Positions 37,431 to 50,100 of a stretch of DNA of 64,000 nucleotides are shown here, one piece after another; position 1 is the stretch's first letter, and every line of letters begins with the position of its first letter. Origin of the DNA: Raillietiella orientalis (lineage: Eukaryota); assembly GCA_036172245.1 (NCBI GenBank), contig JAYWIR010000005.1, positions 3,906,001 through 3,970,000 on the forward strand, read 5' to 3'. Under the pieces are notes generated by a model. That model was not told the origin of the DNA and searched no databases. It saw only the letters and a list, made by a program, of their open reading frames with translations. A program made the position numbers and the translations under genes.

Positions 37431-40400
37431 TACATGCCCCCGAGCAACCGGGTGTCAATCCCACGACCTCCGGAGCTTCGGGCTCCGCTCACCCCCGGCG
37501 TCAGGACGCGATGCTGATCTGGAACGCCTCGGCGAGGATACTTTTGAGCCTTGACCACGCGCGCACTGGCAGGACGGTGCCGCTCTCGCGTTCCCCGTGG
37601 TGATCGTTTGCCGGGAATCGTCCCGCAGTCCGCGTGGGTCTCCGAACGCCCCTTCGGGACTGCCGAGTCTCCTCCCCGCCCACGCACGCATGTCCTGGTG
37701 TCGACCGCGCCTCCGAGGGACATCCTGCGGGCAGAGACGGAAACCTTCCGGCGAAGATTTGCGTCGCTTTTTCCCTCGAGAAATCTGCAGCTGCGAGAGA
37801 CGCGTAGAGAGGGGGGAGGAGAAGGAGGAGGATGAAGAAGGGAGGAGGCGCTGCTACGCTTCCGAGAGGATGCCGCCGTGCCTCCAGTGGAGCTGAACGC
37901 TTCCTCGTCCTGGACGCTGGTGTGTCACTTGCGAACAAAAGAACCCGCACTAGTTCCTGAGACTGCCTGGCATGCAGTCCACGTGTGTCGGAGAGAAAGG
38001 ACAAAGGCATTCTCCCGTCTCCCTGCTCGCAGAGCTGGGTATCCTCTCCCTGGGCCTGCCGCTCTTCCTTTTTCCTTTGATCGGTGGCTTCCAGCCTGCC
38101 GGCGGAGGTCTCTGCTACGAGTGTCAGACTCGCGTTCGTCTGAAGGTACCTGCGGCGGAAGAGCTGCGGCGATTCCTGCAGGCTGGAGTGTGCGCTCTCT
38201 ACAGAGGACCGGACCGCCTGTGTTCGTGTGCGTAAACGTGGGGCATACTTCCCGAGGGGAAGGGGGGGGAGCCAGCCCGTAGTGACTTGCACGCCTTTTT
38301 CATCATGCGTGGCGTTCCGTGCTGAACGAATCTCTCCCGACGTAGCCTTTGCACCAGAGCGGTGCCAGGCACAGGATCTTTCGGGAACCACAAGTGGCAA
38401 GGCGGTTGGGAGCGTCAGCTGCTTCGCTGCGACCTACCCCGTCGTCGTCGTCGTCGCGCCGCGAGCTGCTCTGCTTTCGGAAATCCCCGATCAAAGAATT
38501 CGATTGAAGTCCCGGGAACGTCCTGCCGAAAGGAAGAGGACGGAACGCGCTTCCGAGCAGGCGGCGCCCCAAGTGCCGTTTTCCGGAATCTTCGAAAGCG
38601 ACGTCTTCCGATCGCTACGAGTCGACTCCCGGGAGGTCCCGTTCGCTAGCCCGTTGCTTCCACCCATGTCTTTTCCTCTTCCCCTCCGGTCCTGAGCACG
38701 GAGAAAAGCGAGCTGCGAGTTCGCCGGAGGGAACTGGGTCCTCGGCACCCGAGCTTCCCAGAGTTCCCACCAAGCGTGCTGCCATCTGCTACAAGGGAAG
38801 AGCCTTCCAATCCCTGCAAGCGGGTCAGGAGATGATGACGCGCTCTGCGCAGCGAGACGCTCTCGGTCCACCGGTTTGCAGCTTCCCGACCATCAGCCGC
38901 TTCGCAGGAATGCGCTCGGAGTGACCGTTCCAGGCGAAACAAAGAGCGCCCGGAGGTAATCTTGACAACTTCGTCCAGGGCGACCCATGATGACGAGAGG
39001 CGCCCGCGGCTGAAGGGCGAAGTCTCGGGAGTACATTTCTGAAGCCTCCCCCTCTGCGTGATGGAAGCGTGCCCTACGATGCTTCCAGCCTGCTAGGAAT
39101 GGGGACTCACAAGGTACTTGAACGATCCCGAAGCCTCGAGGACTGCGTCCCATTTTTATGGGGAAAGCCCATCTCGTGCGCACCTTCCGGAAGCGCCCAG
39201 CCCCATCTGCACTCGGTCTTGGCGTCCACCGCGCTCCCAACCCCAACCTGATGACCGACAGCGATGATGGATCGGGTAGGGAAGACAATCCACGAAAATA
39301 TGGAGCTGGTTACCTGAAACCGGGTCGGCTCCGGGAGCGGGTTCGGACCATCCGTCCACTTTGCCTTTGCAGTCCACCACTCCGCATGCTTTGATGACGT
39401 CAGCTCAGGAAGAGGGGAGGGGGCAGGACGCACAGCGGCAGCGTATCGGGTGCAATCCCGGTTCCGGCTCCGAGAACGGGAGCTCGTCGACCGGATGCAG
39501 CACGCTTGAGCCGAGCACCGCCCTCCGAACCACAGGTCGCCAACGCGGGAGGAGGGGTGGCGACGCGGGGAGGGCGGGCGCCGAAAGCTGCCCTTACATC
39601 CCGCGCCGCTGGAAGAGCCACCTGCATCGGTTGCCAGCGGTCGTCGTGGGATCGCTCGCTTCTCCGGGACGCCGGCAGCTGAGTGTTCCTGGAGGGGAAG
39701 GAGAAAGGGGCGCACCACAGCCCTGGTATACCCAAAATGCACTTCCCGATGCAAATCGAAAACGCAGTCTCATCTCCTTCCTATCCCTCCCCTACCCCCC
39801 CCCCCCCACATCTCCGAAATCCACAAAGTGGAGTGTGGCCGATGGACCGACGGATCTCTCTCTCCATTCCCGGCCTTCCCGTCGGGAGCAGCGCTTTTTT
39901 TCCACCTGGACACCTCGCCCTCGCAGTCCGCTGCTCCGCATATTTTGATGACTCAGCGCGGGAGGGAGGAGAGGGGGGGTGCATGGCGGTTGCATATCGG
40001 CTACGATCCCACCTGAAGCTTGCCAAGGGAGACGGCTGCCCCTCGCCCGCGATGCGCAGGAACGCAGGGGATCTCCGTTCGAGATGAAGCACGACAGCAG
40101 GGCTGATGGAAAAAGAGGAGCCCCGACGTCTGCACCGCAGTCTTCGTTTCCACGACGACGACCAGAGCTGATGGAAAAGAAAGGAGTGAGCACGCAGGAG
40201 ATCGTTCCAGGAAGCTGGGCCGGCGAAGGTTATCAGAAGTTCACCGACTCCTTCCGAAGAACCGCAGATCGAGTGGGGAGAGGGGTGCCAGGTTTCACCC
40301 TCCCTCCTTTACGCCCCCCCCCCTCCCCACACGAGTCGTCGTATTTCTTGCACACTCGATGTAGGGGAAAGGGGGCATCCCTTTGCATACCCGGGACATG

Positions 40401-41504
40401 CGGACCCCCGCAGGAACCGGCGTTCTGCTGTGAATTCTCTTTTCGGTGCGTATGCTGTCGAGAGTTGCGATGGACGCCCCGAGGCAACCTGATGTCGCAG
40501 TGTGTGTTGTTTTCTTCTTGACGTCATCATTATCGTCATCGCCTGTGTGCAGCTTGGCTTGCAGCAGGTCGGTGTAGGTCGGAGGAGGAATTCGCCTGCA
40601 AATAAGGATCGATCAGATCAATCAATGCTAAAATCGATGTTTTTTTTTTCTCCAACGGAAAAAACAAAGGAAGAAGAAAAGGCGTAGTCATAGCTACTGG
40701 CAGCCACGCAAGCCGCCTTGCAGTAGGATCGCGGAACTGCGCAGGCGCGCCGCTACTCGACTCGCCGAGCGCGGGCTGCGTTCGCGCCCGGTCACTCCGG
40801 GGCGTTCGCTGTGAAAAAATACGAATTGGGGTCAGAAAGCGTCCACGTTCCGCAGCGGCAGTGCAGGGCCATCACTTCCGCGTGCTCCGGGAGTCCTCTG
40901 CTCGGGGCAGTCGCTCGGAAGAGATCCGCGCAGGGAAAGTGGGGGAGGAAGGGAAGGAAACGAAAAACAAGCAAATGAGAAAAACGTAAAAAAAGTATTG
41001 ATTTTTTTTTGGAGGGGGGGAGAGAGGTTAAGCGAAGGGGTCACAAGTCACACATGGATCGCTCCCTGGTGGCCTCTACATCCTCTCGAGGATGCCGGCA
41101 AATTCCTCCCGGTTGTGCCTCAGGGACACCCGTCTTACCGCAACCTCCAGGAACCGGAAGACGAAGGAAGATAGTGGCGGCTCCTCTGCCGTTCCGGCCT
41201 CCCCCATCGGGGCTTCTAGCCGCCACGGTCCAGAGGACTCAGCGCAAAACGATGATGCTCGCGGCAGGCGACGTCCCGCTACGCGTGAAGAGGCGTCCGA
41301 GTGAGGCCTTCGGGTGGTCTTCTGGGAAGTTCAGGGACGTGGTCAAACGTCCCCACGCACACTGGAGGGCAAGCCTGTGTTGTCGGCATCGCCCGGCTAC
41401 TGTGCCCTCCGCGCGCGTGGTGCCAAATGCCGCGGGTTCGAATCTCCACATGGAGGGTCGACGACGCTGAGAACCAGTTGATACCCGGTCAATCCAGGAC
41501 GTTT

Positions 41505-42778
41505 ATTTATTAAGAATAAAACTTAGACGTCAGCGGCAAGATGCGTGATCCTGCCACGTTACACAATGTACAGAAAGAACCTGCCGAGAACCGGGGCGCA
41601 GGCCGGCGAGGTTCACCATGACAGAACAGGGGAAGGGACGACAAACAAAAAGAAAAAAAAAAAACGAAAAATGCGGCCAAAGAATGGGGAAGAGGGGGTT
41701 CGGGAAGGGATCACTGTGTGCTAGCGAGTGTCCTCTGCATCCTTTTAAGGATGCCGGCAAGTTCCTGTATTACGATCTCCAGATGATGCAATCTTGACGC
41801 TATCCTCATGAAGGGGACAGCACAATAGATGACGTGCCTTTCTTCCTGACCTCCTCTGGCGTCGCTCCATGCAGCCACGGACCCGCCGCGTGGGCAGCAC
41901 CGTGCTACTAGCAAGGGATGCGGATGGCGTGAGGGCGTCTCGCAGGAAGAGGCACTTCAGAAGGTTTCCGGGCTTGCTCTCGGGGGTCCGCAGGGACGCG
42001 GCAAAGCGTTCACACAGGGGCGGAGGGTAACACAATCCACGAGCAGGTGCAGGTGCAGGGGGGACTCTCTCTCGCCGCACCTGCCGCAGTTCGGACTCAC
42101 CTCCCCCTCCCCCGGGTCCAGTGACGTGGTGGGCGTTGCACGGGAGGCCCCAATGCAACAGCAGGGTCGCCAACTCGTGCGACTTGAGGGGTAGGGTGCC
42201 ACCGTTCCAGCACACTGGGGACCACTTCAACTCCTCCGGAAGGATTTGTAGCAGTCCTTTTACAGGGACACTCGGGGTGGCAGCGTCCGTCAGTTCCCGA
42301 GTTGTGCACATATTTAGATGACCGGCGGTCGTGGGACGATGCAACTGCCACATGTTTTTTCCTGCTCCCTATCGAGCAGGTCACTTACCACCTCTCTAGC
42401 AGTTGGCTGTCTATTGTTCCCCTTAGGAAGGGCAGCACTGAGGCAAGGGTAGTGAAAGAGGTCCACAGCAGATTCCTGGTGTTCCACAGGATCTTCTTCA
42501 GAGGTCGGATAGAGCATCTGCTGTTCCGTAAGCAGATGTACTCTGCCTCGCCAGTGCCGTGGATTCTTCCCCATGCGAAAACGGGTCTCCTGCAGCCAGG
42601 CTGTCCAGTTAGCGGGAGGACGGACGTTCAGAGGGTTCTTCTGCACAAAGGCAACCATGTGTCGGAGCTGGGGGCAGAGATGGCCCAGACTCCGCTTGGT
42701 GGCCACGACGACCGAGGTCAGTCCTTCTCAGCCGGTTGCCTGTTTCGGGAGGATTCCTGCCGGAGCACGCCAAGGTGT
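41505..42778 (-). mobile_element. LINE 3' fragment (repeat A copy 3)
   Basis: Near-identical to the 30321-31220 and 36607-37228 cores; 3' end marked by tttatttatt (AATAAA on the minus strand) at about 41502-41511. Confidence 0.88.
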
Positions 42779-42815
42779 GGTCCAAAGGAGGAGGAGCACC
42801 CTCCGCCCGCTTGAT

Positions 42816-43984
42816 ACCAAGCGTCGCGGGCTCGAACCCCCACGTGGAGGAGCAACGACGTCAAGAACGGGGGGTCCGTTGTGGACTTCGAGTCTCCCAT
42901 TCCACCCCCCGAAAGATGTCGCTGGTTAGCCTCAGGCACCTGTGGAAGCCAGAAGCCTCCGGTGAGTGGACAGGATCGAAACTCGACTATCCGGCGTGTC
43001 TCCCAGGATGCCAAGGAGCCTTTCGGGGTCGTTCCCCTTCGGTGGTGAAAATTGGGCTATGGATTCCGCCCCCTCGGGGGGTTTCCCGTTCAGAGAGTTC
43101 AAGAAGCGCGCTGCTCCCGTCGGGAAGCGCTCTTCAGGGAAAATTGGGAAGCGTTCCTTAGGGGTTCTTCCCTCGGAGGGGGTGCAAAGCAGGGAACGGC
43201 TCCCTTGCGAGTGGTTGGTGCCCTCCGGGGAAGAAATTCTAGGAGCGGTCCCTCTTCCCTCCGGAGGCAATCAGGGCGAGGGTACCCTCTACCAAGCCTG
43301 AGAAGGACGGAGTCTTCTTCCTGAGGAGCCTTCCTGGATTCGCAGGGTGGCCCCTCCGTGGTCGCTCCCCCCCCACCTCTGACCTGAAGGCCCCCGCGAG
43401 CCCTCCCCAAGGAAGCGGGCGGCTCTTCCGTGCACCGGAGGGCGGCTCCCCCGCAAGGCGGGAGCGTCAGGGTTTCCCCTTCCCCGCACCGGCAGAGGAG
43501 CGCCGCCTCACGACGTCCGTTTCTGCCCCCCGCAGACACCTTTCCTCGACGAATTGGCCCGTTCGACGTCGTTGGCGGCGATGTCCGGGCTGGTTACGCG
43601 AGGGGGGGAAGGGGCAGCACGTGCCGTTTGACCAACCCTCCTGCCACGAGGCGCGCCTTCTCGTAGCAGCGAGGAGCCGCCCGCGCCGCCGCTGCGATGG
43701 GAGCGAGGTGACGAAGCCCTTCGTGCGCGCCTCCCGAACGTGGTCGGCAACGTGCGTGGCAGCGGGTTCCCATGCCACCCAGCAACCTCCCTCCTCCGCA
43801 CGCAGGGACCAAAGCGCGCTGCCGTCTTCGCACGAAGCGTTTCGGACGCGGCGAGAGTGGCGCTGGACCGAAGAGTCACTTCCCGAGGATGCATCCGCGA
43901 GAGCAGAAGGATCTCGGGGGAGGAGCGCGCGGAGATCTCAGCTGCTGCCGTGGATTCCGCAAGTCTCGAGCGGGCGCGCCTTCG
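42816..43984 (-). repeat. Repeat B copy 2 (inverted copy of 22572-23740)
   Basis: Reverse-complement identity with few substitutions, most of them in the last about 50 nt. Confidence 0.9.
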
Positions 43985-46379
43985 CCGCGTTGCCGCCGGT
44001 CAGCTGAATCGTTCATGGAGTGGGCCCAGGAACAGAGTAGGCTGCTCCGTAGTGCTCTTGCAAGGCGATTTCGGCCAGTCAGGTTCCCTCCCCTCCCCAG
44101 GGGCTTCCCGGCGACGACCCGATCTGGGGCTCTCGCTTAATGAGAGGGGCACCCGCGCGACCGGGTGCTGCAGCAGCCCCCGCGCGGAGAATCTAGCGAC
44201 TCCACCTGCCCTCCCTACTTGTCCTCTGTTTCCGGGAACACGAATCATGCGCGTATGAAGCAGAGCTCCGATCTGAAAACGGCGGGGAAGGTTCCCATGG
44301 ATCCGCCTCGGAGACCGGACGTGCGCACCCGCTCCGGGACTCAGCCGCTGTAACGCCGACAGCGGCTCCACAGGAGAGTTGCCGCGCGGGGTTGCCATGT
44401 GGCTGGAAGAAACCAGCTGGCGTGCTCCTGGCATGCGAGCTAGAGTTCCTATGGAAGCGCGCGGACACGTTGCGCGCGCGCTGCTCCCGGAGCCCTGGTC
44501 CGGGCCGCTGGTCGTTCACCTCTCGTTTCGTTCCCGAGATGGCACGAAACGTGCCTTCCGGGACATGCGTCCCCTTCGTTTGCGCGTAGCAAGCGGCGCA
44601 TCTGCGCGCGTTGCCACGTTCGCTGCCGGCCGGCCGAACGCGGCGTGCGACCGACGAAACGGTGCAGGCTCCGGGAGTGACTGCTGAAGACGAGCACTCC
44701 TGAAAAGAAGGCTTGAAATGTTAGCCCCCCCCCCCCTCCCCTGTCACTCCTGTGAAGGTGCACGGAGCTCGTGCGGGAAAAAGCCTTGCGCCAACTCGAC
44801 CGCGCGGGAGAAGGAAGAAGACGCCGCCGGCGGATGCGAGGGGGCCGCGACGCATCGTCTCCTCCGCCGCTTGGACCTCCGGAGCACTGTCAAGCCCGGT
44901 TCGCTCCCGGGACCAGCGTGGGTCGCAGCCCTCTCTCTTGGGGAGGTCTCCTCGCCGCCAAGGCACCTCATGCTCTCCAGCAGCTGGTCTCGCCCTTGCA
45001 GATCCCCTCAGGTAAGTCCGGCTGCGGACTCGCCTCTTCGCACCTTCCCTGGAGGAAGCTTCGTGCTTCTGCAGCCGTTCCCGACTCCTTCGCCCCCCTT
45101 CTCTCTCGCCCGGTCCCCAGAGCGCATCAGCGTCCGGCGGACAAGTTCCAAGAGGCGCCACCCGCATCGCTGCTGCGCGAAAGAGCGCGTCTTGGGCCGC
45201 TGAGTCCGGCCCTCGGCTCGCGCAGCAGCAGCCGGACCAACACCCGCCTCCTCCTCGGAGAAGTCCCCGTTGCACTCCGCGTCTCCAAGCAGCGGGTGCC
45301 TCCCGCAGCAAGGCGGAACGCCGAGTTGCCCTCCCTGAGGCGGATCCGTGCGGTGAAGACCACAGTCTCTGCCCCCGCTCTCAGAGGCGATGGCGCGCAC
45401 GCACCCTCTCGTGAGGACGGGGTAGGCAAGGGGAGTCGTCCTAGAGGCTCTCTCTCTCGTGGGCGAGAGGCTTCGAGATGGCGGCCGAGCCCATCGCTTT
45501 CCCGGAGAGCGACCCCGTCCGCAACGCGCGAACGGAACTGCGCAACGCGCGATTCCGTTCGCGCGTGCGGGCGTGGCTTCCCCCTCGAAACGCGGGCGGG
45601 CAGGCAGGCAGGCGCTCGCGGCTGCCGCCCATGCCGCCGCGTCGTCGGCTCGCGGCAGGCACGCAACGGTGCCGAGCCCGAAGCCGCAGCTGCACGGAAG
45701 ATCCACGGCCACGAAGGAGCGAGAGCCGATGGTGGATCGATCGCTGCCAACCCGGCAATTCCAGACATCTCCCCGCCGCCGTTCCCGGCTACACGTGACC
45801 TCGGCCCTCACGTGCCGCGAACCGGGAAAAACCGTAACGACCTTTTGGCGTGTCCGCGCGCTGAGAGGAGGCGGTGACCGCCGTCGTCGATTCCCCGGTC
45901 ATCCTCGCCGTTCGTGCGATGCTGCCGTCGAAGTTGCTGCTCTCCGCGGTGGAGCTTCGGCGTCTCCTCGCCGTCTCCTCGGAGGGGCCTGCTGGATATC
46001 CGAGGAGTCACGAAGGGACGCGAAGGCGACGCCATCTAAACGGTGGCCCTCTTTCTCGGGAAGCGGCAGCGAGATGGCCCCACCTGGTCGACTTGGTAGT
46101 CACCTATTTTTGTTTTTTCATTTATTCTTCTCCACCCCCCACCCCTCTCTCTCTTTTTTTTATTTTTTGGCAACCCCTTTCTTCTTTCCCCCAGGCGGTT
46201 CTCACTCTCAAGTCTGATGAATTGAGAGTGAGAACTCACAGTCAGACTTCTCTCTCCAGCGCGACCAGAATTCTTGCGACCGTCATGGCAGCCACTGCCC
46301 TACTTTGCATTTCTATCTGCTTCTTCCCCTTCTTGTACGCTGACTGCTGTGCGTTGCAAAAAGCGCCGCCCCGGCGTGA

Positions 46380-47130
46380 CCTGGAAGAGGAAGTCGAGGC
46401 GCTCAGTCGGGAAGCCCGGACTCCCCCCGACCTCTTCCCTGGATGGAAGCTCGGGGGAAGGCGACATTCGGGAATGGGACGGGTCATGGAACACCTTACC
46501 ACCTGCAACGCCCGGCTTTGCCTCCCCCTCTCCTCGCCCGGTGCTGCCCTCCCTAGGGGAACCAGGCGACAAGCGACTCTACAGCAAGGAGAGGATGTCC
46601 TGCTGCATCGTACCAAAGAAGAAACATCGTGGACAGCTCAGGAACTGAAGGACGCTGCGACCCCAAGTGTCCCACCCAAAGAGCTTCTCTGATGGGTAGA
46701 GCTGTTGGGGATCCCTCAGAGGTCCCTGAGGTGGTCTCTCGGTGTCTCGGGACAACCGCGCCCTCCCTCTCGAACGGTGAGAACCGGCGTTGCGGCTGCC
46801 GCCATTGGGTAATCCCGCGCAAAGCGTGCCATCCACCACTGGAACCCAGGTATTGCGACAGGCTCGGGGGAAGGGAGGTCCTCCCGTACCTGCTCCTCGA
46901 CTGTGCTACCCTTCGTCCCCTGTGTGCGCCTTTTGAGAATTCGGCTCTCCGGCTCTCCGGGAACAGTCCCAGGGGCGTTGCAAGAAACGTAGCAGGGCAC
47001 ACAGTGATCTCTTCTCGACCCCACCCCACCCCCAACAAACGTTTTTTTATACTTTTCCGTTTAATCTTGTTTTGTTTTTCCCCATCCCCCGAGTCTCTCA
47101 TCGGACCCCTATTGGCAAGCGGGAAAGAAC
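46380..47130 (+). mobile_element. Diverged LINE 3' fragment
   Basis: AALPRGTRRQAT...ELKDAATPSVPPKELL and CDRLGGREVLPYLLLDCATLRPLC align by eye with repeat A (AALPKGNNRQPT...ELTDAATPSVPVKGLL; HLLVDCVTLRP). Confidence 0.75.
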
Positions 47131-50100
47131 TGTAAGGGCGCATTTTTACATCCTAGCGTCTGGAGCATTCTAACACCTCGCTCTGTCCAACTCTTGGCAA
47201 AACCTCCGAACTGATTTCGAACCTCCGACTTGCCCTAGAGTAAAGCCGGGCTGCCTGCAGGCAGTCTTGCAACCCTTCACCGAGCTGAGTCCCATGCAAG
47301 GAGCAGCTTTGGTCGACCATTCCAGCCAGATTGCCTGCGGGCACGAGACGCAAGTTCTTGTTCCGCATGATAACCGGGAGCGGCAGCAGGAAAAGAGAGC
47401 TCTGCGGTTCTTCTTCGACCAGCCGTGGACGTCTGAAAGCTTGGTGGACTGACTCGCTCATGAAAACCGCGAACAAAACAGCGCGCGGCGACTCGCGCTC
47501 TGGCTGTCGTCGCTCGCCGCATACTGGCAGCACCTTCTTGCTGAAGGGTTGGCAACTTTTGCGCGGGCTCTTAAAAAAGCCTGTTTTCCCTCATCTTTCT
47601 CTCATCACCGTTCTTGGACGGCAACAGGCTACTTGAGCCTCAGGTGGGCACCACCCCCACCCCGCATACAAACGCACGTCGATCAGCTCTCCGCCGTAAA
47701 TTGGACGAAATTGTGGACGGACGTGCAAGTCGCTGCTTCCTCTCATATAGCCGTATTCTCGAAAGCAGAGCTATCCTAGTGCAAGGAACAATCTGTCCTC
47801 TCCTGAAGACGCACTGAAAAGAAATGGCACTCACGCAAATCATGCTTTCTTTTTGCCCCTTTAGTTCAGCCGATTCCCTGCCTACTCGCAAATGTGTGAG
47901 TAGGCAGCAAGCATCTTCCCTCTCCATCTGCTTTTCGCAACATCATGGCCGGATTGAGTGCTCGCAATTCTTTAACTACTTTGTACCTTTTTACTTCCCA
48001 GATCTTCGAGACAGCGAGGCGGCTTCTAAAAAGCGCTTCGGATGCGTTCCCTTCCCATCCCATTAAACTTCGCCGTCTTCCGCAACTCGTCTGGAAATTT
48101 CTCAACTAGCGGCCATTTCATGATTTTGCAAATCCTCGCGTCCGACCGGATCTTACCAGATTGAACGTTTTATCACTTTCAATAGCAGTAAAGTTCGTTC
48201 CATTCTTTCTTTGATCTCCTTTGGTTTTTGTCTCTCCCTCGATTTTTTTCTTTCTTCTTTTCTTCTTTCAAAAGTCATTTGCAGTCTGTTTCGAATTGGC
48301 GCCTTTCGCAGAACCCTACCAACACCTCCGCCGCACAGCACGGAGAACCCTCGTGAACTCCACAGCAGTCCAAAGGAAAAAGTTTGTTTATTTTTCGAAA
48401 CCAGATCCCAGTTGGCCCTTGGTGCTGTTGCAATTTCTTTCTTCCCGGTTTGGCTATTTGGTAGTTTGAGATTTCTTGCGGACGCATTTGCACTTGCGAA
48501 AAATAAAGTCGAACCTGTTAATGGAATCGGAGAGCCATCCGAGTAGAGCCGATCCGTTCGATTTCGGGTTGCTGCTGCTGCTAACAGCAGCTATGAGGCA
48601 CTGATGCCTCCACATCTTGCTGTTCCCGTGCACGAGGGAGGCAAGCGCGCGAGAACAGCCTCCGAACTCCTCCGTGCGCACGTGAAAATCCATCCGTCGG
48701 ATCCATGTCTTGTCTGGAGCCACTGAGGGTCGAAGCGGGAGAGGGCGAGATGAAAGGAGACGTCAAGAACTCAACGACTCGAGACGCAGTCCGAGAGTTT
48801 GCATTGCTCGCCCGAGTAGTCGCGCACGATCCTCCGCCGTCCATCGCCGCCTTCCGACATCAGAAATGACGGCTGGACGAGAAATGAGACGCGACTGTTA
48901 CTCTGATTAGAAATGCGGCCGTGCGTTTTTCCAGAAACGCTTCGTTTCACCGAGGATCGCAGCCTCACAATAGCCTTGGCTGTAGACCAACGCAGTTCTC
49001 AGCTCCCTCTCGGCTCGGGCGGGCCCATCTATATCGGGTCACTTTGGTTGCGTCGGTGGGGAAAAAAAAAGAGAGGTCGCCCCTACTGTCCAACGTTTTC
49101 TTAATGAATTCAGATCGATTTCCAGTCAAGTTCCAGTTCATTAAACTTCGGTCCCACGCTGTGCTTTCGCGAACAAAAATGGGACGCTCGTGGAAGGAAA
49201 ATGCGAGGAAGGGTCGAAAGCTCCGACAAACCCGTGAACTTGTACCCAGGAACACCCGTGGAAACGGGTCGAAAAGGAATCACCAGGTCTTCCCAAATGC
49301 ATCCTCCGGCAGCAGGGAGCGGAGTCCAAGTTTCCGATTCATAAGGTGCGTTGGGCTTGCATTCATCATTGGAAGCTGCTGCAACTTCTTCCAGGCACCT
49401 CCGACACGCGACTGCATATGCACAACTGAAGACGGAATCCTTCTCTGTTCGTTGCAGTAAGTACACTTGAATTCCGTCATCCCTTTGAATCACATAACGA
49501 ATGTATCCGATATACTGTACGAAACTGGATTGCTTTCAGAGCGTCGCACTGCTCCGGGGCGGCCAAGGCAAGGCTCGTCAGATACTTGAAACGAGAGTGA
49601 AAAGAATGGACAACGATGTAGACCATGCACCCTCTCGAGCAAGGTCAGATCTGATTTCTAATGTCACCACGAATATCAGAGGTTGTGCTAAACGTTAGTG
49701 AATGCAATTTCATTTACAGAGTAAAAAATAAATGCGACCATTAGACTGAAATGACTACAAATTGCACGAAATGTCATACTTGAAGTAAATTTATTTACTG
49801 CATCATATTAGTAAACAATTCATTAGTAGGTGCTGAGCATTCTCTCTTCATTTTATCAAGGAAAGACTGGAATGGAAAAAAGAAAAATATTTGATTGATT
49901 CCTTTCGTGGAAGGCAAGGGGCGTTCGGATTTCAAACCTCTAGTGAATAGGGAAGATAAGCAAGTAGGAGGGGGTACATTCCTCAGTACTTGGCGTATAC
50001 TGCGCAGGTATTTCTGACAGTGTCCAGGGATTTTCCATATTCACGTAATGTGCCACTACATTTGTGCTTTTCCGTTTGTCTCCGTATGAATTTTCGGTCT

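Larger units (their letters stand above)
20100..47640. mobile_element. Cluster of decayed L1/Tx1-like non-LTR retrotransposon fragments in both orientations
   Basis: Recurrent frameshifted ORF2 C-terminal motifs (W-x-LP-x-ELA-x-LLHWGLP...CGRCGERES-x-HLLxDCxxLRP, zf-RVT-like), a post-RT motif (RWGTGRSGVRLEDLCAPLKDGRLGL), a shared 3' block (ELAGILKRMQR) followed by a T-rich UTR, and a CCHC ORF1. Weaker pieces appear near 26750-27330, 27650-28300, 32650-33060, 38700-39800, 40190-40400 and 40930-41480. Confidence 0.8.

Noticed and set aside
42736..43324. Apparent APE endonuclease motifs (VVDFES, SKLDY) on the antisense strand of repeat B
   Set aside because: Motifs fall in different frames and are weak; the other strand fits LINE ORF2 C-terminal motifs better.
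21017..46692. Many 200-400 aa ORFs (e.g. 21017-22201, 24012-25046, 26086-27297, 28761-29804, 44771-45877)
   Set aside because: Arg/Pro/Gly/Ala-rich, overlapping in several frames, without coherent domains; expected in very GC-rich decayed repeat DNA.
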